The notes beneath the pieces are model-generated. The model ran no database searches. It had not been told where the DNA came from and saw nothing but the letters and a program-made list of their open reading frames with translations. A DNA stretch of 64,000 nucleotides, taken from NCBI GenBank assembly GCA_964016885.1, contig OZ024743.1, forward strand, positions 122,946,001 through 123,010,000. The letters run 5' to 3'. Below, in pieces: positions 29,870 through 45,014 of this stretch (position 1 is its first letter; each line of letters starts with the position of its first letter). The DNA comes from Eledone cirrhosa. Taxonomy: Eukaryota. The translations under genes were made by a program, and so were the position numbers.

Positions 29870-30841
29870 GGAGAAGAGAGACGGTTTTATGTATGCATCT
29901 TCGGTTTATTACAGAATTCTGTTATACGTATGTCGAAGACGTCAGAGTGGTTGCATAATAACCTTCTGGTTTGTTCTCCCTACTTACCATCCCTAGAATG
30001 CCACCAACAATACAGCCTCCCGCTACATATATACCCTCTATAATATCAATCCCAACCAAATAACTTCTCCACGAGAATGTAAACACAACCCTAATCCAGG
30101 AGCATATCAAAAACAAAAACATCGCAAAATTAAGAGAACACGGCAGAAGGTCATTATGCAACAACTCTGACGTCTTCGAAATATATATGATAGAAATATG
30201 TAATAAACAGAAGATGTACACATAAAACCGTCTCTCTTAATAATTGTTTCTACTTTTGGAACAAGGCTAGCAATTATCCCAGGGTATTACTGATACTTTA
30301 TTTAATCGACCCCCGTAAGGATGAAAGGCAAAGTTAACCGCGCGGGATTTGAACTCAGACCATAAAGGGCAGTAACTCTTTTTCTGCAAAGCATGGCGTC
30401 CGACCCTCTACCGATACTGCCAATCCACCGCCTTTATTAATAATTGTTTCTACTTTAGGCACAAGGCCAGCAAATTACCCAGTGCATTACTGGTACTTTA
30501 TTTTATCGACCCCGTAAGGATGAAAGGCAAAGTCAACCTCGGCGGGATTTGAACTCAGATCGTAAAGGGACGTAACTATGCTGGAAAGCATGGCGTCCGA
30601 CCTTCTACCGATACTGCCAATCCACTATAATATTGAAACTCCAGTTGATACCTCATCGATAATATTCTAAGGAATACAAATCGTAGAATGTTTTACATCT
30701 GTTTACAAAAAAAGTCGGTCGATTATCTGCTCAACCAACTTTCCTAAATTAATATAAATAATATAAATATATATATATAATATATATATATAATATAAAT
30801 ATATATATATATACATACACACATATATATGTATATAATTG

Positions 30842-30915
<74 letters not shown>

Positions 30916-31110
30916 CAATTTAGGAAAGTTGGTTGATCAGATAATCGACCGACTTTTTTTTGTAAACAGATGTAAAACATTCTACAATTTGTATTCCTTA
31001 GGATGTTATCGATGAGGTATCAACTGGAGTTTCAATATTATTAGGAGAGACGGTGTTACGTGTACATCTTCTGTTTATTACATAATTCTGCTATACGCAT
31101 TTTGAAGACG

Positions 31111-31113
<3 letters not shown>
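29870..31113. mobile_element. Nested family E structure: three partial copies in alternating orientation, with two SINEs inside one copy
   Basis: 29873-29968 (-); 30143-30750 (+, interrupted at taataat by SINEs 30240-30625); 30917-31112 (-, uninterrupted). The last two lie tail-to-tail around a (TA)n tract. Confidence 0.82.
30240..30625 (-). mobile_element. Two tandem tRNA-derived Nin/Deu-domain SINEs (30240-30432, 30441-30625)
   Basis: Minus strand: ggtggatTGGCAGTATCGG (A box)...GAGTTCAAATCC (B box)...gcctttcatccttacggggtcgataaaataaagtaccag (Nin/Deu-like core)...gaaacaatta tail. Confidence 0.9.
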
Positions 31114-31183
<70 letters not shown>

Positions 31184-31787
31184 GATAGAGAGAGAGAGAG
31201 AAAGAAAAAAATAGAGAGAGAGGGAGAGAGAGAGGGAGGGAGAGGGAGAGTGAAAGAGAGAGAGAGAGAGAGAAAACGTGAGAATGAGAAATAATATACG
31301 TCAATACTTGACTGGGGCATCTTTCATCCAACTTGAAGGGATGAAAGCCTTCCCTCAGACATTCGAACGTTTGTGTCACATGTCTATGTGATAGGCTTAT
31401 TACTCTGGAGTTTTATTTGTGTATTAACAGGTGAAACTCCAGAATAACATGACTCATCACTTAACCATAATAAGGAATAGTATTAAATTCTGCTTTAGTA
31501 TTTAGTACATTTCAGCGTCACTCAGGATGACAAGGAAGCAAGGCGGAGTCAGAAATCGAATTCAAGATTATACCATCCTGATTCTTAAACTTCAAGTATA
31601 CACATATACACGTACATATATGTATGTATATATATATATTGTAAAGAGTTAGTGCCCATTGGCTGAGCTCTTTACAATATATACGCTCTAATTTCCCAAA
31701 TATCGAGTACATAGATGATGAATGGTTTTATCAGTCTAAACTAGTAACTACCATCTATTTGTATGTATATATATATTTATATATGTA

Positions 31788-31965
31788 AAGATGAAAAGAG
31801 TCAGGACCCCGGCGGCTGAGCTCCGGCCGTTTCGATTCTCGCTGTCGAAACGGCCGGAGCTCAGCCGTCGGGGTCCGGACTCTTTTCATATTACCCACTC
31901 TACTACCCTAAGTATTGAGTACTCTGGTGAATTATTGTCCACCTGGTATCCTACCACACCTTCAC
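31788..31965 (+). mobile_element. Family A repeat with ~46-bp fold-back arm
   Basis: Symmetric about tttcga-ttctcgctg-tcgaaa (~31840). Confidence 0.88.
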
Positions 31966-31980
31966 ACACACACTCATAAT

Positions 31981-32022
<42 letters not shown>

Positions 32023-32381
32023 TAAATCTATATTTATTTATAAGGGATTGGCGATATATAGAAAAAGATAGAATATATTGACTCGCAATATGTGTATTTG
32101 TTATACATGTGTGTGGAAGCAAGTGAGCATCTGTACGTCTTCTTATCACACCCCACCCCAATAAAAATATTTACAAATTTTACATACGCTTACACTCTTT
32201 TTATACAAATCTATCTATAGAAATTTCACGCCTGTTGTGTTTATAAATGCAACAAAAACTTCTGAATGAACATATTGATTGAATAAATTGTCATTATATA
32301 AAAAGATAATAAATATTATCTTATGCACACACAAGCATGCGCGCACACGTACTTTATAATGCTGGTATATATGTATGCGGC

Positions 32382-32427
<46 letters not shown>

Positions 32428-32446
32428 CCACATAAATATAAATATA

Positions 32447-32487
<41 letters not shown>

Positions 32488-32501
32488 TTATATATATATA
32501 T

Positions 32502-32599
<98 letters not shown>

Positions 32600-32684
32600 T
32601 ATACATATATTATATACATACATATATATATATATATATTATATATACATATATATATATATATATATACATATATATAAACAC

Positions 32685-32728
<44 letters not shown>

Positions 32729-32763
32729 CATATATATATACACATATATATATATATATATTA

Positions 32764-32795
<32 letters not shown>

Positions 32796-33255
32796 CATAC
32801 ATATACTCGCGTCTTAATACATATTGCTCATGATTTTGTTTGGTAATGGAAGTTCTTTGTTCAAGCGTAAATATCATGTTTGAGTGAATGAGATATTTAG
32901 AGAGGGAGAATGTGTGTGAAATATGAGAATGATGAGAAATATATGTAATAGAAAGATACTGCCCCGCCTTTTCATATTTCATTACATCAATATGTCCCTC
33001 TCCCCCTCTCTATCTTTATCCTTCCCTCCTACTCTCTCTCTCTCTCACATATAAATCTATTCTCAACAATTTTTAACGTCTCCCTCTTACTCTTAATTTT
33101 GTGGCGTTGACAAAAATAACAACGAAAACAACAACCCTGTAGACTTGTTAATGATCACAACACCAACAGCGTTTATTTATATATATGTGTATATATATAC
33201 ATATATACAGATATACACACATATATATAAATGTATAATATATATATATGTATAC

Positions 33256-33317
<62 letters not shown>

Positions 33318-33343
33318 ACATATATATATATACATATATATAG

Positions 33344-33398
<55 letters not shown>

Positions 33399-33496
33399 AA
33401 GTCAGGACCCCGACGGCTGAGCTCCGGCCGTAGCTCAGCCTTCGGGGTCCTCACTTTCTTCCTATTAGCCACTCTACTACCATACTTTCTTTGTTA
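33399..33496 (+). mobile_element. Short family A fold-back centred on the cggccg palindrome
   Basis: aggaccccgacggctgagct-ccggccgt-agctcagccttcggggtcct. Confidence 0.8.
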
Positions 33497-33540
33497 TATG
33501 TATATATATATGTATATATGTATGTATGTATGTATATATA

Positions 33541-33603
<63 letters not shown>

Positions 33604-33605
<2 letters not shown>

Positions 33606-33802
33606 CGAAGGAAATGTGGTAAGGAACCAGGTGGACCATAACGCACCAAAGTACTCAATACTTGGGGTAGTAGAGTGGGTAATAGGAACCAGTAAGACCC
33701 CGACGGCTGAGCTCAAGCCGTTTCGACGGCTAATTCTGGACTCAGTCCAGAATTAGCCGTCGAAACGGCTTGAGCTCAGCCGTCGGGGTCTTACTGGTTC
33801 CT
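33604..33802 (-). mobile_element. Family A repeat with ~60-bp perfect fold-back arm
   Basis: Symmetric about ctggac-tca-gtccag (~33743); (TA)n on both sides. Confidence 0.9.
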
Positions 33803-33818
33803 ATATATATATGTGTGC

Positions 33819-33884
<66 letters not shown>

Positions 33885-34363
33885 CATATACATATAATAT
33901 AAGGAAATCTATATACACAGAGATATATAAATAGATATGTGTGCGTGTATGTTATTCTTATGAAATTTAAGCGTCTAACCATTTGTAAATCTATATGCGT
34001 TTTCTAAATCATACTGGGGAGGGATGAATGTGCAAATATAATTTAATTACCAACATTTCTCTCTTTTGCAGGTTACAAGATATTTCAAGTGAAATATTTT
34101 ATTGAGCAAAATTCTATTTCATGGCACATTTACTGACAGTCTCATATTTGATGGTGTTCAGCAAGCGTACTGATGCGTATAATGTGTGTACGTTAATACA
34201 TGTACCTTTCCTCTAAATGTTTATGCATATCAAGAAATACATATACATATACATGCATGGAAACCTATATATAGATGTATGTATATAATACATGTGCACA
34301 CAATACAGGCGCACGTATATCTATGTTTTTACACACACACACGCACACACGCACACACACACA

Positions 34364-34475
<112 letters not shown>

Positions 34476-35566
34476 AACGTAGATACACATATATATTAGA
34501 GTGTTTTGTTTCAATCATCTCATATCGATTGTGCCTTGAATCCATTTCACAGAAGAGCTACACAGAAAAAAATACGAGGAGATATGAATATATTTATGGG
34601 GTTGCATACTTTGGGGCTTTTTAAATTGCCAAAAGTGTGCAAGCAATTTATTTCAACACTGTTTGATTGTAGCCAGGTTGTATTTTTTGTCCGTTTTTGA
34701 CATTCCTACCGTTTATAGGTTCCGAAATGAAAAGGAAATGACCCATAAACTTATAAAGTATGTAGAAATAACTTTACATCGGTGATTTGTTTTCATTGTT
34801 CGTACAAAGAAGACGTATTTGATATCACGCTAATGAGGTAAGCTTTTCGACATTTGTTTTGGGAATTCATCAAGATAATGAGCAAACAATAAGGTTCTAA
34901 TGCAAGGTTAATTGCATTGTTGGTTAAGTGCTGGTATTGTGGGCAAGTTGTAAACACGCTGGTTTTCTTCAAGTTCCATCTGTTGTTATGGAGCTATGAA
35001 ATAATTTCCTTGCCTTTTCCTCTTCATTACCTGAACGGGTACCAGATATGTAAGAACTGGATACTCGTTAAAAAAAATTGATTGATTTTTCTTTTCATCT
35101 TTCACTGAGAATAAGAAAATGGAAATCGACAAGGCCATTTGGGTGCTTGAGAGACAGCTCGAGGGGCAGGTACCTCAAACTCGAATTCCATTTGTGTTTA
35201 TCTCTACCATCACATCGAACTCGGGGAGACAATTTCAGTTGCCGTAAAAAAGCATTAGGATGACTGACAAAGCAATTCCAAAGAATGAGATTTGGAAAGG
35301 TGGCCCCGAGGAAAATTTATGACATGGAAAAGCCAGAATGTTCTTCAACAAAAGGATGTCTCACCTGAAGACAAATCTTTCCTTCAGACACAGCGGGAAG
35401 ATCGGATATCTTCCTTTCTGGCTTGTGTTGATACGGAACATTAAAAAAGAAAAGAAGATTCATGATATGAAAATAGGAAAGAGAAAGCAGGATGAAGTCA
35501 AGAAAATGTCCGATAAAGTAGCTCTTGAGAGTACGTCATCCAGCACACTTATTAAAGATGATTATG

Positions 35567-35750
35567 GGATTGGCATTATTGGTAGAGTGTCGGATGCCAT
35601 GCTTTGGCGCATAGAGTTACGGCCCTTGCCATTCTGAGTTCAAATCCCGCCGAGGTTAACTTTGCCTTTCATCCTTACGGGGTCGATAAAATAAAGTACC
35701 AGTAATACACTGAGTATGTGCTGGCCTTGTGCCTAACGTAGAAACAATTA
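35567..35750 (+). mobile_element. tRNA-derived Nin/Deu-domain SINE
   Basis: A/B boxes, core and tail as in the other copies; possible attatg TSD. Confidence 0.9.
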
Positions 35751-37081
35751 TGATGATGAAATCTTCAGATCAGCACTGCCCCGAAAATCACCGCGAATAA
35801 GAATTCTTATATCGCAATTGCGGAGAGTCTTGTTTATGATGTGTCTGAACTCTCGGTTTCCCCCTCAGCTGTTTATCGAGCAAGAACCAGCCGCCGTGAG
35901 AAGATGGCTCAAGAAATCGAGTTATACGCTATCCCACCTGAAGACAGATCCTGCTAGTCTTCCACTAGGATGGAGAATTATTACCATCGGCTTCCCAATT
36001 CAACACACTGGAATGTTGGATTGTAGTTTTAAATACAGGGAAATAAAAGGGGGAGCTTTTATGTGTTCAAATCGCAGAAGTTGTTTTAAATGAAATTTAA
36101 GGACTCAAAATTGAGGACAGAATAATTGGTATGCCCTTCAACACTACCGCCAGTAACACCAGCATGCACCAAGGAGCTAATATAAAAATTGCAGTAACTC
36201 TGAAAAAATACCTTTTGTGGAACTCTTACCGCCATCACACTCATGAACTGAATTTGAAGAAAGTCTTGGATATCTTTTTTACCATCATTTAAAATTGTGG
36301 TCATTTAAAATTGTGGTCTCGCTATCACAATTTTCAAAACGTTTCTGGATGATGATGAGCCCATGGAAGATGTTTATAAGCAAAAGAGGGATAAGTTGGT
36401 GGAATAGCAAAAATGTACTGCTTTCTGGAAATCAAGCCCAAGAAGTTCACAAAGCTCTTCTTTCTCTATCTTACGGTTGGCCATCTCCCGGTCCCGGGAG
36501 CTTACTGCTAGGCTCATTGGATGACTAAGGCCGTATGTGATTAATATAGCTCTGTTCAAAGAACAACTTAAGCTTACAACATGTGAGACAAGAGACCTAG
36601 AACAATTCGTTTCCGGGTTATAAACATATTCATAAAACCTGTTCTTTTCTTTAGCCCCAAACTTATTGTGTATTTAGAACTATCTGTTTCTCAGCAATTT
36701 CATCAATTCGAACACGGGCGTAATCGACATGAGATAATAGCTTGCAAAATGGAACGCCCTAATATACATATATTTATACGTATATATATTATAGTTAGCA
36801 AATTGATAGAGTCGTTAGAGGCGTCGGATACAATGTTGTAGTATTCCTTCTGGCTCCGGTTTCAAAAATGTATAGCTTTCTTTATCAATAAATATACTAC
36901 CTGTTATGTACTGGATTTATGTTTTTATCCCCCCCCCCCTCCCCCCTCTCTCTCTCTCTCTCTCTCCCTCTCTCTCTCTCTCTCCACATTTCTTTTGTCT
37001 TTGTATGTAAGTGTGTATGCATGTTTAAATTAACATGTCTATCCATGTCTATATGTTTGAATTTGCCTGTGTATAGATAAT

Positions 37082-37186
37082 ATAACATTGAGTTATTGGT
37101 CGTCATTTTTTGGTGAATGATTTCTGTAGACACGCACAAACGATTGACAGACATTTGGTAGAATGGTAGGTGGTTAGATAGATAAG

Positions 37187-37243
<57 letters not shown>

Positions 37244-37315
37244 ATCTGTCAATCGTTTGTGTGTGTCTACAGAAATCCTTCACAAAAAAAATGACGACCA
37301 ATAACTCAATGTTAT
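37082..37315. repeat. ~70-bp inverted repeat flanking a (TA)n tract
   Basis: 37082-37151 is the reverse complement of 37245-37315 with a few mismatches. Confidence 0.85.
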
Positions 37316-37371
37316 CTTATCTATATATATAATATAAATATATATATATATATATACATACATACTTATAC

Positions 37372-37454
<83 letters not shown>

Positions 37455-37547
37455 TATGTATAAGTATGTATATATATATATATTTATATTATATATATAT
37501 ATATATATATAATATATATTTATCTCTCTCTCTATATATAATATATA

Positions 37548-37597
<50 letters not shown>

Positions 37598-37605
37598 TAG
37601 ATAGG

Positions 37606-37647
<42 letters not shown>

Positions 37648-40600
37648 CTAAAATAAATTTGTAAGCATTCCTGTTTGGAATTGGAAAGGTAATGTAAAAT
37701 GTGTATTTGTAGACAGTATTACAAAATTAGTATTTTAAATAAACGTCAAATATATAGTTCGTGTTTCCCGTTATTTTTTAAAACCACATTTTACTTCTGG
37801 TGATAAATGATTAAAGTTATGCTTTTAGTGAATGAATTTGTAGATATATGAGATTGTGTGTGTGTGTGTGTGTGTATGTGTGTGTGTATATATGTGTGAT
37901 TTAGCATGTTTGTTAAATGTGTGCTTATAAAAGAACATGCGTTTGCATATGTATCAATAATATAGCTTTCAAATGTTGGCTTTCCGTGCGGCAGAATTGT
38001 CCAGCTGTCCAAGGCAGTGGGAGATAATGCAAAGAAACAATGGGTATATTTTTGTACCTGTTTATGAATAAACACATGTAACCATTAGTGTGAGATGTGA
38101 AATATGCTTATGAAGTAGGACACAAAACACACACACACACACACATACATACATATACATATATGAATTCGCATACATAAACACAAACATCAAAGATACA
38201 TACATACATTCATACATACATATATACATACATGCATGCATACATACATTCATACATACATATACACCTACATATATACATACATATATACATATATGGA
38301 TGGATACATGACTATCTGACTGCGTGAGCGCATATTTTAGATACGGTATGCTGTTTCATGCAATGTTAACACACCAATGTTTAATATAAATGTATTGTTT
38401 AAGCTCGAGTTTTTTAATGTTATGTTAGAGGATATTTCAATGAAAAAATGTTCCTCTGTGCAATACGTTTGTATGCCGCAGTCATTTAAGCGCTACTTGT
38501 TCTTTCAATATATTGTCTAGGCGTTGCCCGTTTAAATGTGCACACTGATGTCAATTTTCTTCGATTTTAAGGGAAAACAATATGGTTTTTTTATTGGATC
38601 ATTATTATTTTCAATCATTTTGTTTCTCAGAATTCATTTCAATTCCTCAAGACGAATGATAATTTCCAACATTATAAAATCCACAAGAATATAGGATTAA
38701 ATATAATAAAACAAGTGGTCTTTTTAATGTCTTTAAAGTAAAAGTTGACGCTAAAACACACTCACATACCTGTGTATCTGTGTTCTTATTGGACACAAAA
38801 ATGTAATGAATGTTTTATTATCACTACTACTGAGTTAATGTCTTTTTACCTTAACAACTACCATAACTGAGTGACCTCGCTTCACTAAAACAGATAAAAA
38901 TGTTTTGTGTGATTTCAGTACAGAAATATGACACTGATCTTGTATCTCACCTGAATTTAATATTTATTTCTAACTCTCACGTTTAGAGGTCTAGTATTTT
39001 CTACTATAGCATTTCTGGGGGGACTTTTGCTTTAAATGTGATTTTTAAAGAGTCTTGTGCATAATATAAATAGTTTCTGTCTCGATAAATTTGTGCTATG
39101 AAGGAAACTGCTTGAATTGGTAAAATTCTTTATTTTTTAATCTTCGACGACTGTGGATGATAGAATCAATAGGAGGACGAATACAATGCCTGGCGATATT
39201 TAGCTATCTCCTTTTTACATTTTAAATACAGCTAGGCGAGACCTTGCTTTTCATCTTTTTGGCGTCGATAAAGAAATGAACCCGAGAGAGATTCAATCAA
39301 GGTCTTCAATTCCCACCATGTGTACCTCTTGACTATACCAGAAATGCTTACATTTTAAACGTGGGTGGTAACGGAAAAATGCCAGAATAAAACTTTTACG
39401 GTACTTAATTTCACGACAATAGGTTCTGAGTTCAAATCCCATGAGCATGGCCAATTAGAGGAGGGCCTAGCTGGTACTTTGTTCCGGGGCTAAAGAGCTT
39501 AAGAAGGCTCCACAGCAACCATGCAACATCCATTTTGAGAAAATTCTTTGCTTACTTCGGGCCCCAAAGGGGTCTTGTACGACCTAGCAAAATTTCTCTT
39601 GGAGGGCTTGCTCGTGAGGTTTTATTTTATCTTTCATCTTTTTCTTTGCAGTATTGATAAATAATAGGTAATATTGTTCGGGTGGTTTCGATCAACTACA
39701 CAACCTTTCAAACAGTTCAAACCCCACCATGGTCAACTTTTCCTATTATCCTTTAGGGTCAGCGTTATAAAGTATCAGTTCAGAGCGGTGGATTAGCGGA
39801 TTTTTCATAGAGTTTAGTGAGATACCTTATGGTGTGTGTTTCGGTATTTTTCTTTCTGGGTTCTTTGGGTGGTGGACTTCAACAATCAACCTGTTTAACT
39901 CAGTCACCAGTTAATTAGAGTGCCTTTAGCAGAGATTACTCTTTTGCAGACATTTGGTCTTCTGTATGATAAAAACTGCCTTCCTTTCTTTCCCTAAAAT
40001 ATTAGTGGGGAGTAGATCATGGACAGTCATTTCCTTTCCTAACTAAAACGATAAAAATTAAAAGATCAGCTTTACTTTACGAATCCTAAACTCAGTAAAA
40101 TAAGCATATGTTTTAAATTTGTTGATTCCCTTACAGAATTAACCTTTTGAAAAGAAATTCCCCAAACCTTATTATCTGCTTAAATTACTGTTTTAATTTT
40201 GTATACGATTAAATCTTCCCTGAAATATTTCAATGCAGAGAACATGGAAAACTTGTTGATGTTGTTGATAGATTATGTCACCGAAACCAAGTATACAGAG
40301 AAATAAATCTCTCGAGCTTTCAACTGGTGTTTTATATGTATTCAGGCGTCCGTGAGTTATGAGTAAATGTTGCAACACAATACTCTCGTATAACTCAAGA
40401 AAAAAAAGTAGATACTTATAACTATTCACATTGGTTTTATGGAAAACTAGCATTGTAGAATGTCATGAAAGAGGCGACTAAGTCTATTTTAAAAAGATAC
40501 TTAGGCATATATGAGGGGGGGGGGTATCTGCGTGCTTTTGTGTGTTTTTATATGTATATATGTGTGTGTGATACATATGTATATATATATGAATATATAT

Positions 40601-41836
40601 GTGTGTTGATCGTCTAGTTTCTTGAAACCTTTGGTAACGGAATAATTATAGTGTGTTGTTTATTATGTAATATTATACACACACACACATAGATATATAT
40701 ATGTATGTATATGTGTGTGTTTGTATATGTGTGTGTGCGCGTGGAGAGAGAAAGAGAATGTGCAAAAGAGAAGGAGAGGTAGAATAGAAGCGAGTGGAAA
40801 AGAGGGACACACACATCGGTAGAGGTAGACTGTTGTGGTGAAAATAAAGAAACAGTATCAGAAGTATAAGAATAGTCTACTTGATATAACTACCTCTAGA
40901 AAAGTGGGGAGTAAATACATGAATACATATGCATGTGTGTACGTTTATGTGCGCGTGTGCGCGCGTGCGTGTGTAAAAAGGTAAACGAAACAGACCGTTC
41001 TCTTTAGCTTCAATCGCACGTCTAGTCTTTTATTATGTTTGTTTACCTAGGGAATATATTTATGAACAGCCATCTTTTCAGAATGTTACTTGTTATCATA
41101 TGTACAGTTAATGCTTCCACTTGTCGCTAACTGAAGTATTCAGAAATCCATAGACATACAAACAATTTTGTTGACTTATCAAATAAGGGAGGAATAAAAA
41201 AGAAACATAGAACAACAACAACAACAAAAAAAAATAATAAAACGGAATGAAAACAAACGCGCAGCTGCCGTTGCCAATGTATATATGATTTCCTGAATAA
41301 TCTAACAGATATCTCTTTCAGTTAAATATATTTCACACATGCTCGCTTGGTTAACCGATTATCTTTTATGGTTTCTTTTTTTTTTTTTTTTTTTTTTTTT
41401 GTTATTGTTTCTTCCTTTTTTAACATGCTTTTGATTATTTTTGAATATGGAGTCGAAATATTACTTTTAATTCAAAGGAGAGTTCACCGTTGGTCAGGTT
41501 ATTGAGGTTCTCATCATATATACAACCTTTAACCATATGCCTTGGCAACGACTTCAGAGGAAGAAAGAATTTTCTAATTTTAGAGTATCTATTTGCGTGT
41601 GAAAATTTAAAAACTTTGCAGTCGTAAAAATGATGTTTGTTATTGTTGTAGTTACAGTTGTTGCTGCTGCTGTTGCTAATTGGGATAAAAGAGGAAATGG
41701 AAGGCCAGAAGACTTGATAAAATCTACATAACTAATAGAAAGTTCGAGAATTTTACGGGAATATAGAAACAGAAAGTACCAAATGTTAAATTTCTGAAAT
41801 ATTATTAAAAGATAAGGCTTCTCTTCCACCACCTCT

Positions 41837-41837
<1 letters not shown>

Positions 41838-41876
<39 letters not shown>

Positions 41877-41919
41877 GCTTCTGCTGCTGCTACTACTACT
41901 ACTACTACTACAGCTGCTG

Positions 41920-41961
<42 letters not shown>

Positions 41962-41992
41962 ATAATAATAATAATAATAATACTAATACTAA
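41838..41992. repeat. Compound trinucleotide microsatellite (CTA)n/(CTG)n/(TAA)n
   Basis: Directly visible. Confidence 0.95.
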
Positions 41993-42155
41993 CTTTGGCA
42001 CACTGGCAGAAATGTTCGATTCCGTTTCATAGTTAAGCGTAACAGTAGAACACGTGAAATGTCAAGCAGAAATATGTTTGTGCCGAGCACAATTCCACAT
42101 ATTACGTAATAGGGCTCAGTCCATTATATAAACACTCAATATTTAATTGATAATA

Positions 42156-42338
42156 GCGGTGGATTGGCAGTATCGGTGGAGGGTCGGACGCCATGCTTTC
42201 CAGCATAGTTACGTCCCTTTACGATCTGAGTTCAAATCCCGCCGAGGTTGACTTTGCCTTTCATCCTTATGGGGTCGATAAAATAAAGTACCAGTAATGT
42301 ACTGAGTAATTGCTGGCCTTGTGCCAAAAGTAGAAACA
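42156..42338 (+). mobile_element. Full-length SINE with 18-bp target-site duplication
   Basis: aatatttaattgataata occurs at 42138-42155 and 42339-42356. Confidence 0.93.
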
Positions 42339-42816
42339 AATATTTAATTGATAATATTTTATGAATGAGTAAATGTTGGCAAAGCTCGCCACGATTTCAA
42401 CTATGAACGTAGAGAGATGTAAATTTTATAGGAATAAGCACTGGGATTGATTTAATCAACGTTAAACTTCCCACTAAATATGCTGGCCTTGTGCTTAAAT
42501 TAGAAGCCAATAGGGGAATAAATATCTTATACATGATGTTGTTAGGGTAAATTATAGTTTTTCGTAGAATAGAATCATTTCAAATGCCATAAGGATAGAT
42601 ACATTTTTATTATATTAGATGAAGAAATGAATGTGACTGTGTCGTTTGGCTGTATATGGTAGGCGTAGACATCTTTGAGTAGTTAAGAAGTTGGTTTTGC
42701 AGCCACACGATGGATTCAATGTTCGATTCTGCTGCGTGGCATATTGGGCAAGTGACATGCACTAATACCTTAAAGGAAAAATTCGGAATACGAAATTTTT
42801 ACAGAAGACCTTTCAG

Positions 42817-42856
<40 letters not shown>

Positions 42857-43561
42857 TCAATCCGTTATTAATTTTCCGGTTGCGGGTAGGTATCAATCAA
42901 CAAATACTTGTGTAAACCGATTGAGCAGTCGACGTGGTATATGACATCACGTTGGTGTGTGCACGACAGTATCGGTGTAGTAATGAATTGGAAAGGATTC
43001 ATCTCATTCTATTTATTATGTAATCACTTTTATACTTTATATATATATATATATATCAAGAACAAAACGAGGTTTCACAATAACGTCTTTATTGATAATG
43101 CACAGTTACAACCGTTTTACAAATGGGTCGCTTAGGATCCATATAGATGCTATAGAACCGACTCCAGCTCGATCTTTTAACCAAACTTGTTAATGAAGCA
43201 AAACCAAAATCTCATCTGACTGTATCCCGTTCCAAACGATGTACACACACTCATATATGGGTATTGACCAATCACTACCCACACCGAGAGACATACTCCC
43301 AACCATACACACAAGCTGGGATGCTTGCATACGCGCTCACTTATGGCCATATATACAACATCTAGTGGAATTTATACAATATACCACCAGCATTGTATAG
43401 GCCCGTACTTGTTCTTCTGGCAATCAGAAATGCCTGACATAATATAAACTTAAACTCCATCTGTCCCTTTAACTCTATCGAACATAGTCCTCGTTTAAAT
43501 AAGAGAAGATGTGAACAAGTTTAATACTAGCGTTATTCCCCTACCAGGGAATGGCATTCAA

Positions 43562-43753
43562 ATAATTGCTTCTACTTTTGGCACAAAGCCAGCAATTATG
43601 CCAATGTATTACTGGTACTTTATTTTATCGACCCCATAAGGAGGAAAGGTAATGTTAACCCCGGCGGGATTTGAACTCAGAACGTAAAGGAATGTAACTC
43701 TATGCTGCGAAGCAAGGTGTCCGACGCTCTACCGATTCTGCCAATCCACCGCC
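43562..43753 (-). mobile_element. Full-length SINE
   Basis: Family consensus; ttcaaata repeated on both flanks. Confidence 0.9.
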
Positions 43754-44614
43754 GTTTCAAATATTCAGTGATATAAGTGCTGTATTTTAGCTGTGAAAGT
43801 TACTCTAAATTTTGTTGGATTCAATTTTCTTTTAATGCTTTCTTGAATGTCTGAAATATGAGTAAAACGTCAATGGGGGATATGGACATGGGCCGATATG
43901 TATGTAGCCGCTTGCTAGAACGATCCTGATTAATGCGTTATCAAGAGTTCACATTCCCTACAGAGTTTTAGCATTAAATTAAACAATCTTCAGCCAACAT
44001 ACTCCCAGTTTCACAACTATGTATGTACAGCTACTGTTGCAATTTCCAATCATCACGAGCACAGCTAATCTCGCAGCGGTACTCTGGGATTAAGATATGA
44101 ACATTTTCAAACTAAAGCTATACATAATCATTGCATACACACACTCACACTCACACATATACAAACACACACACCCATACACACAAACGCACTCACGCAC
44201 ACACACACACTCACACTCATATTACATTCATTCACACACACACACCCTCTACATACACACACACACACTGACCAAGAAATAAAATTCAAACACCAACGAA
44301 AATACACACACATCATATAAATACTCTCGTATCTCTTCTCCACTCACAAAACTAGTTAAGTAAAGGCGCACACCAATAGTATTATACCAACATGAACATA
44401 AGCACACACATTGCATACACATATGAACCACACATACTTACGAGGAACAGGCGCATCACCGTTATATACCAAACACATAATATACACGTTCACACGCATT
44501 ATCAACAAGTACAACCACTGCCACATGCACTTACTACACTTATTTACTTATCTGAACACTGCTACAGTGCTCAGATACTTATGAAATATATACTACAGAT
44601 CTATCACCACTGTC

Positions 44615-44664
<50 letters not shown>

Positions 44665-45014
44665 AAAACATGTACATATATATGCACATGAACACACTTG
44701 CACGCACAAATGCATATACATAATCCCTCTTCCTATTCACTCTCCTTCCACTGAACACTAAACTAGGTCAACCCCTAACTTCCTGCCAATTCGTTGCTAT
44801 GTAACTCTTCCGTTCACGTGTGGCGATCCGTCTCAACGTTATTCCTTATTCCTTCCTATTTCTACACTGGTCCTTGCTTCTTTCTTTATCTCCTGAAGAA
44901 TGATGCTGACCGAAACGTCATCAATGATATAATCCCCACTTTTGGGCGTCAAACTAATAACATCCCGTCTTGCTATGTTTTTTTTTGTTCACTAAAATAG
45001 TGGCATAGTCGTTA

